Shown here: piece by piece, positions 1 through 9,837 of the stretch | Numbering within the stretch: position 1 is the first letter of the stretch | How the letters are laid out: each line of letters opens with the position of its first letter | Origin: Adineta steineri | Lineage: Eukaryota | NCBI GenBank assembly: GCA_905250115.1 | Contig: CAJNOI010000487.1 | Span: 14,488 to 31,306 of the forward strand | Length of the DNA stretch: 16,819 nt | Direction: 5' to 3' | Notes under the pieces: model-generated | What the model was told of the DNA's origin: nothing | Database searches by the model: none | Seen by the model: the letters and a program-made list of their open reading frames with translations, nothing else | Made by a program: the position numbers and the translations under genes

Positions 1-995
1 ATACATCAGTTTTTAAATGAACGTTCTATTTTACCTGATTTATTTTCACACGTAATATTTTGATACTGAGGTTTCCTTATATTTATTATTCCGACTTCGA
101 ATTCTTGATTTGAAATGATCTCGTTATTTATTATAACACACTTTTTGTTAAAGTTTATTTATTAATCATAATCATATAGCAGAATGACATCTTAAAGTAA
201 CACTTTAGAACATTTCTATACTTAAACTCGAGGAACAATAAATGTGCCTTGTTTTAATTGCGAAAAAATACAATTAAACATACTGTTAGAATCATACTAT
301 GCAGTTAGTTAAAAAAAAGAATATAACTAAATGCGATAGTGCTTTTAAACACATACAAAAACACGTTGGAAAAAGGGTTTTCATACTTACTAAGCCTTTG
401 TTTCTTTCAAAAAATTCTTGATGATTCAGTCACTCAGCTACAAAATCTTTCTGAATTCAGCACCAATGTAATGTAATATTTTATTTATCTAACTAATTGA
501 AACTACACATTTTACGGTTCAGCATTATTCAAAAAAAAAAACATTTCCATCTAAGTATTATCGGACAGAATATTTTGCTTCAGCATCACAGGTAAGAATT
601 GCTTGGGATTTTATTATGATCACTTTGGTACCTTGTCTCATTTTACGGCACCCACAAGGCTCTTTCAAAGTTTTGTCACCATCCTAGGAAATCTTGTCTA
701 GAACAGTCTCACTGAACATAGCCTTTTTCAGTTTTACTACTGTTATACAGAACCAGAGCTTGGTCTTGCACGTTCTGCAGAGTCACGCACTACTTCTGTC
801 AAGGCTCCTTTTTTTGGGGCATCATACCTACATTTTTTGAGATATGCTAAGCAAAACCTTTCATCAGAATACACATTCGGTCATAAAACTAGCAGTTTTA
901 TTTACTGTTTTTGCGTAAACTACAACACAAGAAAAAAATTCGTGTCATGATCACCAGATGTGTGTTTGTTATCGACAAACATTTACTATTAGCAT

Positions 996-3240
996 TCACC
1001 GTTTTCTTCCACTTTTATTCCATGCAACAAGCTGATCAATTTCGTGTATAACATCGTCTCCAATTTCATTCTCCCAAAGATCTAGTGTAGTGAGTGTCTA
1101 GATAAAAATATTGAAACAAAGACATAGTAAATATAAAGAGAGAATGACAATTACTGTGTTCTGTCGTAATCCCGTAGCCAAATGTTGTGCTCCAACCTCT
1201 CGGATTCTACTTCCAGCAAGATTTAGTGTGATGAGCGTCTAGACAAAACAATGAAGGTAAAAGCGTGATATAGATAAAGACAGAATGGTAATTACTGTGT
1301 TTTGTTGTAATGCATCAGCTAAATATTGCGCTCCAACATCTCCAATTCCATTATTTTGGAAATATAGCGTAGTTAGTGTCTAGATAAAAAAAATGCAGGT
1401 TGATAGATGGTATAGATAAAGAGACATTGACAATTACCGTGTTGTGTCGTAAACCTGCAGCCAAATGTTGTGCTCCTACCTCTCTGATTCCATTTCCACT
1501 GAGGTTTAGTGTGGTAAGTGTCTAGATAAAAACGTGAAAATAAAAATATGATACAGATGAAGAGAGAATGAGAATAACTGTATTGTGTTGTAATGCATCA
1601 CCCAAATATTGTGCTCCGACTCCGTCGATTCCATTTCTAGCAAGATTAAGTGTGGTGAGTGTCTAAATGAAAACATGAAAATAAAGACATGATACAGGTG
1701 AAGAAAAAGTGAGAATTACTGCGTTGTGTCGTAATCCCGCAGCAAAATATTGTAATCCAACGTCTCCGATTCTATTTCGAATGAGACTTAGTACGGTGAG
1801 TGTCTAGATAAAAAGTGGAAGTAAACACACGTTATAGATGAAGAAAGAATGAGAACTACTGTGTTGTGTTGTAATGCATCACCCAAATGTTGTGCTCCAA
1901 TCTTTGCAATTTCGTTATGTCCGACATCTAATGTGGTAAGTGTCTACATGAAAAATGCAGGGAAAATACGAGACAGATGGGAAGAACATGATAACTACTG
2001 AGTTGTGTCGTAATGCATCAGCTAAATGTTGCGCTCCAAGCGCTCCGATTCCATTTGAACTGAGATTCAGTGTGGTGAGTGTCTAAGTGAATAAGTGAAA
2101 AAGTAGACATGATACAGATGAAGAGAGAATAAAGGTTACTGTGTTTTGCTGCAATGCATCACTCAAAAGTTCTGTTCCAGTCTCTCCGATTTCATTATGT
2201 CCGACATCTAATGTGGTGAGAGTCTAGATAAAAAATGTAGCGAAAAATACGATATAGATGAAGTGAGAATAACAATTACTGTGTTGTGTCGTAATGCATC
2301 GGCCAAATATTGTGCTCCAGTCTCTCCAATTGCATTTCCACTAAGATTCAGTGTGGTGAGTGTCTAGGTGAAAACGTGGAAATAAAGACACGATACAGAT
2401 GGGAACAGTATGACGATTACTGTGTTGTATTGTAAAGCATCAGCCAAATGTTCTACTCCATCATCGCCGATTGAATTATATGCGAGACATAGTGTGATGA
2501 GTGTCTAGATGAAAAAGTGAAAATAAAGACAAGATACAGACGAAAAGATAATAACAATTACTGTATTGTTTCGTAATGAATCAGCTAGATGTTGTGCGCC
2601 AAGGTCTCCAATTCCTTTTCCACTGATATTCAGTATGGTGAATGTCTAGATAGAAAGCATAGATATTTCTCAAGGAAATATCTCGGACGTTACTTATAAC
2701 TAGATAAACTAGTTTATAGACTGTTACTCTCTTTCGAAATCTGGTTGTTCATATCAAAACGGTAGATAAAAAAGTGTTTAGATACAGGTAAAAAAGCAAA
2801 TAACAATGTGTTGTCCCTTTATTTTTGTTCTTATCTAAACATTGAATGTTTATGAAATTAAACCTGGTTTGACACGTGTAATATTTAGCTAAGATTGAAA
2901 AGAAAATAGGAATTATATTCATATTGTTATAATTGAAAAAATGAATTTTTGGGGGGAGAGATTGATAACTGATGAATTATTTTGAGTGATAAATAGTTTA
3001 TTCACATTTATTTTATTGAAATCATTCTACTTGAATAGAGATTGTAGGAATGAAAAATTATTCAAGAGCCAGTAGAGAAAAGTTTACCTGATATGGATAA
3101 TAACTGTCTATAATGCTGTTGAATCGTTGGCATACGTTTCTCATTGAGCAGAGAATTGTGTAAGGCGTCTGGTGATCTAGAATTCGGTAGACAAGTTCTA
3201 CTGGTAACATGAGGAAGCTGGTGATAGTTTGATTTGCCAT
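996..3240 (-). CDS. F-box / leucine-rich repeat (RNI/NLR-type LRR) protein, predicted 13 exons, about 392 aa
   Basis: Minus strand. F-box exon 3088..3240 (MANQTITSFLMLPVELVYRILDHQTPYTILCSMRNVCQRFNSIIDSYYPYQ) ends at a GTAAAC donor. Then 84-bp exons: 2562..2645, 2421..2504, 2280..2363, 2140..2223, 1999..2082, 1860..1943, 1720..1803, 1579..1662, 1438..1521, 1296..1379, 1155..1238. Terminal exon 996..1097 encodes TLTTLDLWENEIGDDVIHEIDQLVAWNKSGRKR*. Each 84-bp exon follows an AG acceptor, precedes a GT donor, and encodes a 28-aa LRR such as TLTTLNLSGNAIGETGAQYLADALRHNT. All junctions are phase 0. The long first intron (2646..3087) could hide another exon. Confidence 0.8.
1098..2645 (-). repeat. 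Tandem array of 11 exon+intron units (84-bp LRR exon + 55-58 bp intron; period 139-142 bp)
   Basis: Minus-strand exon right boundaries recur at 1238, 1379, 1521, 1662, 1803, 1943, 2082, 2223, 2363, 2504, 2645. Introns are also alike (plus-strand look: ctagataaaaa..tgaaaataaagacatgatacagatgaagagagaatgagaattac). Confidence 0.9.
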
Positions 3241-3911
3241 TATAGACTGCTGATGAAATACGTGTTGTGTCGCTTTATTTTTTGATTGTATAATGTGTTT
3301 TTTCTCTTCCAATTTAATAAATACATATTCGTCATGCGTTATATTACTTTACGTGATGTTGTAATTACTTGTAGGAAGAAAAGAATGAAAAAATAAAGAT
3401 GTCACTTTCAATGGGAGAATTGATTTATAGAAACTATATTTAATGTTTTGTTATGATTATTTTAGTAATATAAAATGATATATAATAGGTATGACTATTG
3501 CATTTCTGGTTATAATTAACAAAGTATGGATGACTCTTCTTTCATTGATGTTTAAAATGTATATTGTCACTCAATCATAAAATCGAATGGAGATATTTTT
3601 CTCAAGAAACAGAATCAAATAATATTCAGAAGACTATATTGATTGTACTATGCATGCAAAGCAAAATTCAATAGATCGATGTTTTTAGACACAGTCTATG
3701 TGATCATTTCTTTGTTTTAGAATATGAATGAAAATAAATACGATGCTCCTCTCAGATATCAAAACATGACTATAGTAGTGATTAATTAATCATATTTATT
3801 TATTATTGATAATAGGTAAGTTTTAGATTTGTTGATGAATCGGAAATACATGATGTTACAACATAAAACAAATAGGTGTATGTCTTGATAACCTACAATC
3901 TCAATCAGTAT

Positions 3912-4865
3912 TTAGGCAATTGTTGTGCCTGGATGAATACGTGGTTGCTCATCTAGACGTCTTTTGATACGTTGAAACCATTGCTGAATTTCTTTCCGCA
4001 TATTAGGTAATGAACCAATAATAACAAATGGTAAAAGTTGATTAATAAAATAATAAAGATAAGCGAAGTAATTGTATTGTATATCAAAAGCAAAAGTTGG
4101 TGACCATAATGCTTCAATAACACCAATGACAATTGATGGAGATTGTAAAATAATAAATGTTGTAGAAATAAAAAGCAACTGAATGATCATTCGTCTTTGG
4201 CGATGCCAATCTATTGGTCTTAGTTGTCGCAGTTTTTGATAGATAACTCGATAAAAAAGCAGCAGATTAGCAAATAATATAATCAAAAGTGATAATGCAT
4301 AATGAAACAGCCAATCAAAAGTAGGTAAGAATGGGTCGGAATAATTATAACATGCTCCTCCGCAGAATACTACTGAATAATCCCATATATTCGTACATTG
4401 TCTTGGAAAAAAGATTACAACTGCATAAAATATTGGAAGATAGATACAGTAGACAAACAAAGGTATGTAATGAAATAAGATCGAACACCATTTCTTCTTC
4501 ATCAACTGACTATGAAAAATAAATAAATGCCTTTCAATACAAAACCAAGCTGCTAGTTGTATAGCACAGCCAGTTAATGTACAATCTAACCAATTCCAAG
4601 CGGCACAGAATGTATACGTTTGTTGAAAATTTTCACCCCAACGAAGATAGAATAGAAGAAGGGGAGCATCAGTGGTTTTTTGTAAAAAACTAATGATAAG
4701 CATGCAGATAATGACATGATGTTGTGGAGATTTAACAATCTCTTTTTGCCAATGACGAATAAAATAAATAAAAACATAGATATCACAAAGTAATGATGGA
4801 ACAATAGTACTTTGTAGAACGACATATTTTGTCCATCGGAGACTTTCAGTAGCATCATCAGCCAT
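3912..4865 (-). CDS. Intronless seven-transmembrane receptor (rhodopsin-like GPCR, orphan), 317 aa
   Basis: Single ORF. About seven hydrophobic segments, e.g. LLCDIYVFIYFI, VIICMLIISFL, WFCIERHLFIF (in DRY position), ILFHYIPLFVYCIYLPIFYAVVIFF, YALSLLIILFANLLLFYRV, IIQLLFISTTFIILQSPSIVIGV, YYFINQLLPFVIIGSLPNMRKE. Cys pair consistent with TM3/ECL2. Confidence 0.75.
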   Translation of the reverse strand: MADDATESLRWTKYVVLQSTIVPSLLCDIYVFIYFIRHWQKEIVKSPQHHVIICMLIISFLQKTTDAPLLLFYLRWGENFQQTYTFCAAWNWLDCTLTGCAIQLAAWFCIERHLFIFHSQLMKKKWCSILFHYIPLFVYCIYLPIFYAVVIFFPRQCTNIWDYSVVFCGGACYNYSDPFLPTFDWLFHYALSLLIILFANLLLFYRVIYQKLRQLRPIDWHRQRRMIIQLLFISTTFIILQSPSIVIGVIEALWSPTFAFDIQYNYFAYLYYFINQLLPFVIIGSLPNMRKEIQQWFQRIKRRLDEQPRIHPGTTIA

Positions 4866-6256
4866 TGATCAAACTCTTTGTTCAGGTAAATGAATGAGCA
4901 CAGAGTATTTTTTTATCAAAATACTAATTATCCTGATGTGATGCTAAATTAAACTTTCTTTCTTCAGCAAGAATTTGACATAAAAAGCGTTAAATACCTG
5001 TCAAATTTGATTAAACATTTCAAAGCAAAGAATGAAAACAGCAATCTCTTTGCATTTGCGTATAAGATATATTTATTTATCACAGTCAAACTTATTTTCT
5101 AATTTTAAAAAGTTACTTCAATCGAATAGATGCACACGATTATAAATGATGAGAGATTATCTAAATGCGCTTTCTGCTGTAATTATTTTGACAACTAATA
5201 TATTAATAGCAAAGGAATTTCAATTCTCAAAATACATCTTCAAATATTTATATTTCATCATACTAGATTCGAAATTAGGACAAAAGTTTGGTTGATTCCA
5301 GCCAATGTAATTTGTTTATACTATACAAAAGGAAAAAATTAGGAAAGAAATGACTCTGGCTAGTCTATCGAATAAATTCCTTTTAAAATCCTTTTTTGCC
5401 GTGATTATTTTTAAGTGAAAAAGGGAAAATGTGCTTTAGAATGTCTTTCATTCTAGATTTCTTAACTAATTTGATTACACAAAATAAGATCATTATGAAT
5501 TGAAATGTTCACTATCTCCACTACAATTTACTGGTTGGATCTAAGTTGATTAACAAGCAAACAGAAGTTTGGTCCGAGTCGCATCTAGATTCAATACTAA
5601 ATTAGCTACTTATGAATTAGTAAGAAATTATATGACTCGCTAGGTCACAATGGCTTAGAAAACGATAAATGGATGTAAACTCGTTCGAAACCAATAGTAT
5701 TCGTTTACTTACAGAAAACTACACAAGTAGACTTACTTCATGTTCATTCTCAGATATGACCATCAGTTTTTCGGAGTTACCTATACTGGAAATTATATAC
5801 TCGTACTTAAACTTAGAATTTCTAGTGTTCCGTTTCCGAGATCATCGTGACACAAAATAAAACATTTTGTTATTGCATACATCTAAGAACTAGAGCAAAA
5901 TTAATAACACGCGAAGATATATCCATATATGTAATAATTCTATTGATGGTAGACAAAATAGATGATTATCCTCTATCGTATATATGTGCACGTATTAATA
6001 CTGTGTAAAAGTAATGCACTAATAGAATATATTTAATGACTATGCATGCGATGATGATGATAAACGTGCATATTACAAAAAGGAAAAAGAAAAAAAAACA
6101 ATTTTAATTTTAAGAAAGAACATTGAACAAAAGATAATGTGTAACAAACGGAAATAAATGTACACAATAAGCTTTATTTTCACAAGTAGCTGAAACACTA
6201 AAACAAGAAAAAAAGAAGACGAAGAGAACAAGACAAAAAAAGAAGCGAAGAGTAAG

Positions 6257-8623
6257 TTAAGTTGAATTTGAATCTGATTCAATCGTCGGAATTGATTCAT
6301 CATTACTTTGCTGTTTATTTCGTTTACCGGATGCTCCATGAATTTCGGAAGCATGTTTCTTTCGCCATTTTGTACGTCTTAATAATAATTTAAAAAAAAA
6401 ATAAATAAGATCATAAAAAAAATATTATTTTATTTTACCTATTTTGAAACCATACCTAAAATAAGAGGAAATTATGCATTTAGAAAAAGACTTTGATAGC
6501 AAAATAAAATTTTCTTACTTTTACTTGTGCTTCACTCATCGATAATTGACAAGCAAGTCGTGATCTTTCTGTTCCAGCTAAATATTTCGTATTTTCAAAC
6601 ATTTTTTCTAATGCAAATATTTGATGTCCGGTAAATGTTGGTCGACTACTTTTACGTTTCATATCTTTTGATAATAATTCATTATCAGTCATCATACTGG
6701 AATAATGTGACACTTGAGAATTCTCCATTGAAACACCTAAATAGATACTTTCTTTTATGAGAACTTATTTGTTTATGAAAGAAAGCAATACGAAGTAACG
6801 GCTTATTAATAACCTTTTGTGTTCATATGTATTGTAAACACACTTGAGAGAGAAAAAAATCAAAACAAATTATTCAAAAGGTTGACGTGCTCCTTGATGA
6901 TGCCATTGTTTATTGTGATCTTCTCTATTCGAATGAATGCGCATTTGAATTGATCTCGACATGTTTGATGACAATTTCACGGACATACCGGCAAAATCAC
7001 TTTTCAATCGATCATCATATATATATAATTATCAATTAGATGATGATGATGATGATAGAAAGAAATCTTGATTTCAATATCATTCTTGATAGATTACTCG
7101 AGTTAAATATCATGTTAGGTTATTTTTCTACCTTAATATTACAATGCTATCATAAAATTTTAATGATGTATGTTAGGAGGACATAAAGATCATCTATTTT
7201 CAATTATTTTTATTTTTTTTTTCTATATGTACAACATATTTTTGTAATCTATAAAAATTAAAGACGATGGTTCATTGACAGTAAATGACATTATCAACGG
7301 AAGCGGCGTTCTCTCTCACTTTCTCTTCATATTATACGTATAGTTTATTGCTATCAACATCCGTTATTTTTTCTCATAAGATGATTCGAGTCATTACACA
7401 TCTTTCTTTCAATTGATTTATCTTTGTAGAAAAACATTTCTTCCTCTTCTTCATTGCTATACATTAAATGTATATTGATCTCATTAAAAAAAAGTCAAAA
7501 ATCTCTGTCATATAAAAGGTAATAACAAATCAGCTGAGCAACGATAAATATACTCGTCACGCCTCTTTGCTATATGAATAGAAATTGAAGACATCGCACG
7601 TGCAATTCTTTCTACTGCTGGTGCCATTGAGTGTGTTGATGCGGTTAAAAAACGATTAAAAAACAACAGACAAATTTTAGTTTGTGTGACAAATTGGCTC
7701 TCAATCATGCAACGTCTGGTGTTGATCGATCGACCGAAATGATGCGATCATATTCATACAAATGTTGCCTGATAGATCGAACTCAAATGTCATTTTATAT
7801 AAAATAATAACGGCCTGATGACTCTCTTTTTTTTTATATTCTAGCAAAACATAAGCAAACAAAACAAAAAAAGAGAGAAACGGAAGCCTATTGTCAAATG
7901 CCGTTCTGTATTACATAAAAAACGAGCTAAAGAAACTGAGGGAATGTGCAGATGTAATGCGCCGGCAACAAATATTATAAATCATCCTTCCAATCATTGA
8001 ATAACCATTAAGATAGAGAATGAATGAATGAATGAATGAATGAATGTATATTTATATATATATATATATGTATATACACCTATGAATGAGGTATTGAGCA
8101 AGCTCTTCTCTATACAATAGGATGGTATAAATGAGCTCGAAAAATTTTTACCTTTTGTTATATGTTGTGGATGCCATGCGGAGGTGTTTGAAGTAGTTGT
8201 TTGTGCCATTGGTATTTGTGACCAATCATCTCGAGGAAGAAAATTATTTGATGGTGGTGTTAGAACTGATGAGTGATGATGATTTTGTTGAATATAATTA
8301 AATTGAGTTAAATTTAATGTTGTCGCCGATGGATTTGAACGTGTAAGAAAATCATTTGATAATGGTGGTGAACTTCCTGAACTTGAACTACATGCACTGG
8401 AATCAAAAAGAGCTTTGTTTGTTGTTGTTGGTTGTTGTTGAATATAAGAAATTTTCTCTTGTCCTCCTGTTGTCGAAGATGATGATGAGGAAAAAAATGA
8501 CGGCAATGGACTACCAGGAAACCAAAAATTCGGTTGATGTTGATTCGATGTACTTGCAGTTGATAACATTATATCATCTAATAATAGTGAATTTTCAATA
8601 GAAGATGATGGCAATATAACATA
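6257..8623 (-). CDS. NKX6: NKX6-class homeobox transcription factor (start codon uncertain)
   Basis: Exons (plus coordinates): 8152..8623, 6519..6736, 6439..6455 (17-nt micro-exon), 6257..6377. Spliced homeodomain: [47 protein letters not shown]|VWFQNR|[14 protein letters not shown]. This closely resembles the remembered NKX6 homeodomain ([61 protein letters not shown]). FWFPG upstream may correspond to the NKX6 IFWPG motif. The track's 5' ORF start at 8614 is a TTG. First in-frame ATG is at 8567..8569, giving about 257 aa. Confidence 0.88.
6439..6455 (-). other. NKX6: 17-nt micro-exon encoding VWFQN(R) of homeodomain helix 3
   Basis: Minus strand reads ...CTCTTATTTTAG|GTATGGTTTCAAAATAG|GTAAAATAA... 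. It restores the otherwise missing WFQN between QVK (exon ending at 6519) and RRTKW (exon beginning at 6377); phase arithmetic closes. Confidence 0.9.
8018..8046. repeat. (GAAT)n microsatellite, followed by a (TA)n tract up to about 8070
   Basis: gaatgaatgaatgaatgaatgaatgaatg, then tatatttatatatatatatatatatgtatata. Confidence 0.9.
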
Positions 8624-8756
8624 CTAGGAAGAAAAAAAAGAATAGATCTATAATTTTATTTTAAATATATAATATTAACTTACCACAAATTAAAAAACTC
8701 AAATATTGTCTCTTTATTTTTAAACGATGTGTTATTAGTTTTTAATATTTGAATGA

Positions 8757-8812
8757 TGAGAGAAAATAGAGGGAGAGAGAGAGAAAGAGGGAGAAGGGAA
8801 GAGAAATATATT
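8757..8812. repeat. GA-rich low-complexity tract
   Basis: gagagaaaatagagggagagagagagaaagagggagaagggaagagaa read directly on the plus strand. Confidence 0.85.
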
Positions 8813-8937
8813 TATGATTGTATTTCCGTTCGAACAATTAATCAAGTGTTTCTTGTCGTCGCGTCTCTTTTGACGATGTATGTGATGTGTGTCCCTGTGT
8901 ATATGTGTGAATCGTTGTTCGATAGATAATTTGATTT

Positions 8938-9011
8938 ATTCTCTCTCTTTCTTTCTCTCTCTCTACTCTCGTCGTTCTACTTTACCTTTTTTTTCCTTCT
9001 CTTTCTCCTAA
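8938..9011. repeat. CT-rich low-complexity tract
   Basis: ttctctctctttctttctctctctctactctcgtcg...cctttttttttccttctctttctcc read directly on the plus strand. Confidence 0.85.
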
Positions 9012-9746
9012 TAGATAACAGTTCTTTTTTTTTTTCTTCATATAAATCCACAGAACGGATCGATTTTTTATTGGTTACATCGTTAAAGAATTCCTATTCG
9101 TTACAAATCTCTTCCGCTGATAGAAATAACAACAAAATGCTCTTAGTGTCTTCCTATGAGACTATTATTCAAATTATGCAAATGAGTAGAATATTCTATC
9201 TTTTCAAATGTTAATAACCATTCATCAATCATTGATTGTTTTATTTTTTATCAAGATTTTTTCCCTAAAAAAAATAATAATTCCATTTTTCTCCTCATAT
9301 GTTATAATCACATATGTTTGGTAACAATTCATATATATATATATGTGTGTATACATATTTCTTTCTAATATCCATCCCATAAACACTCTCATATAGCATC
9401 CCATTTGCATACCGTACTGTATATATGCTTACTAAACACAACTATTGAAGAAATCAAATTGCAATTATGTCCATTGCTCGACGTTCTATCGCATAAACAA
9501 GGCGAACGCGCGCGAGAAGAGAGATGTGTCAAAAAAAGAGCCTTGCAAATAACGAACACAAAAGCAACTCGGACAATTGAGAAATGTTTGGAAAGATTTA
9601 ATTATAGAATATAACCATTTGCTTTAATTCTTTACACATTTCTACACTAGAAAAAAAAAACAGATTTGATTTATTCGTTGTTTGATCAAAGTATCATAAT
9701 ATTTTGATGTCAAAATGTATGTACTTTTTTTTCTTTCTATCAATGG

Positions 9747-9752
9747 TTTATT
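9747..9752 (-). terminator. Candidate polyadenylation signal AATAAA for the GST gene
   Basis: tttatt on plus (AATAAA on minus), about 86 bp downstream of the GST stop at 9838. Such hexamers are common by chance in AT-rich DNA. Confidence 0.3.
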
Positions 9753-9837
9753 AATCACAAGTTATAAAATCACAAAAAAAACTATTCAATCGAAATAAAA
9801 TCACATAGTATCAAAAACGAAAAACAGAATCATTTAA

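Noticed and set aside
1098-2645. Possible CRISPR array or satellite DNA given the regular ~141-bp period
   Set aside because: Units are 84-bp coding LRR exons plus short GT-AG introns; no short identical repeats with unique spacers.
4331-4858. Two plus-strand ORFs (4331-4522 and 4586-4858)
   Set aside because: Both lie antisense within the well-supported 7TM receptor; hydrophobicity reflects the complementary strand of transmembrane codons.
5669-5860. 63-aa plus-strand ORF
   Set aside because: Isolated short ORF in AT-rich intergenic DNA with no recognisable motif or splice continuation.
6073-6354. 93-aa minus-strand ORF rich in Phe/Leu/Ser
   Set aside because: Alternate frame over the last NKX6 exon plus an AT-rich 3' UTR; a homopolymer artefact.
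7508-7708. 66-aa minus-strand ORF inside the NKX6 1.4-kb intron
   Set aside because: No family resemblance, and the flanking exons join in correct phase without it.
8356-8601. 81-aa plus-strand ORF opposite NKX6
   Set aside because: Antisense of the Ser/Thr/Asn/Gln-rich N-terminal NKX6 exon; codon composition is a complement artefact.
9225-9614. ORFs 9225-9410 (-) and 9405-9614 (+)
   Set aside because: Driven by microsatellite and low-complexity sequence (THIYIYM, ATATAT); no conserved features.
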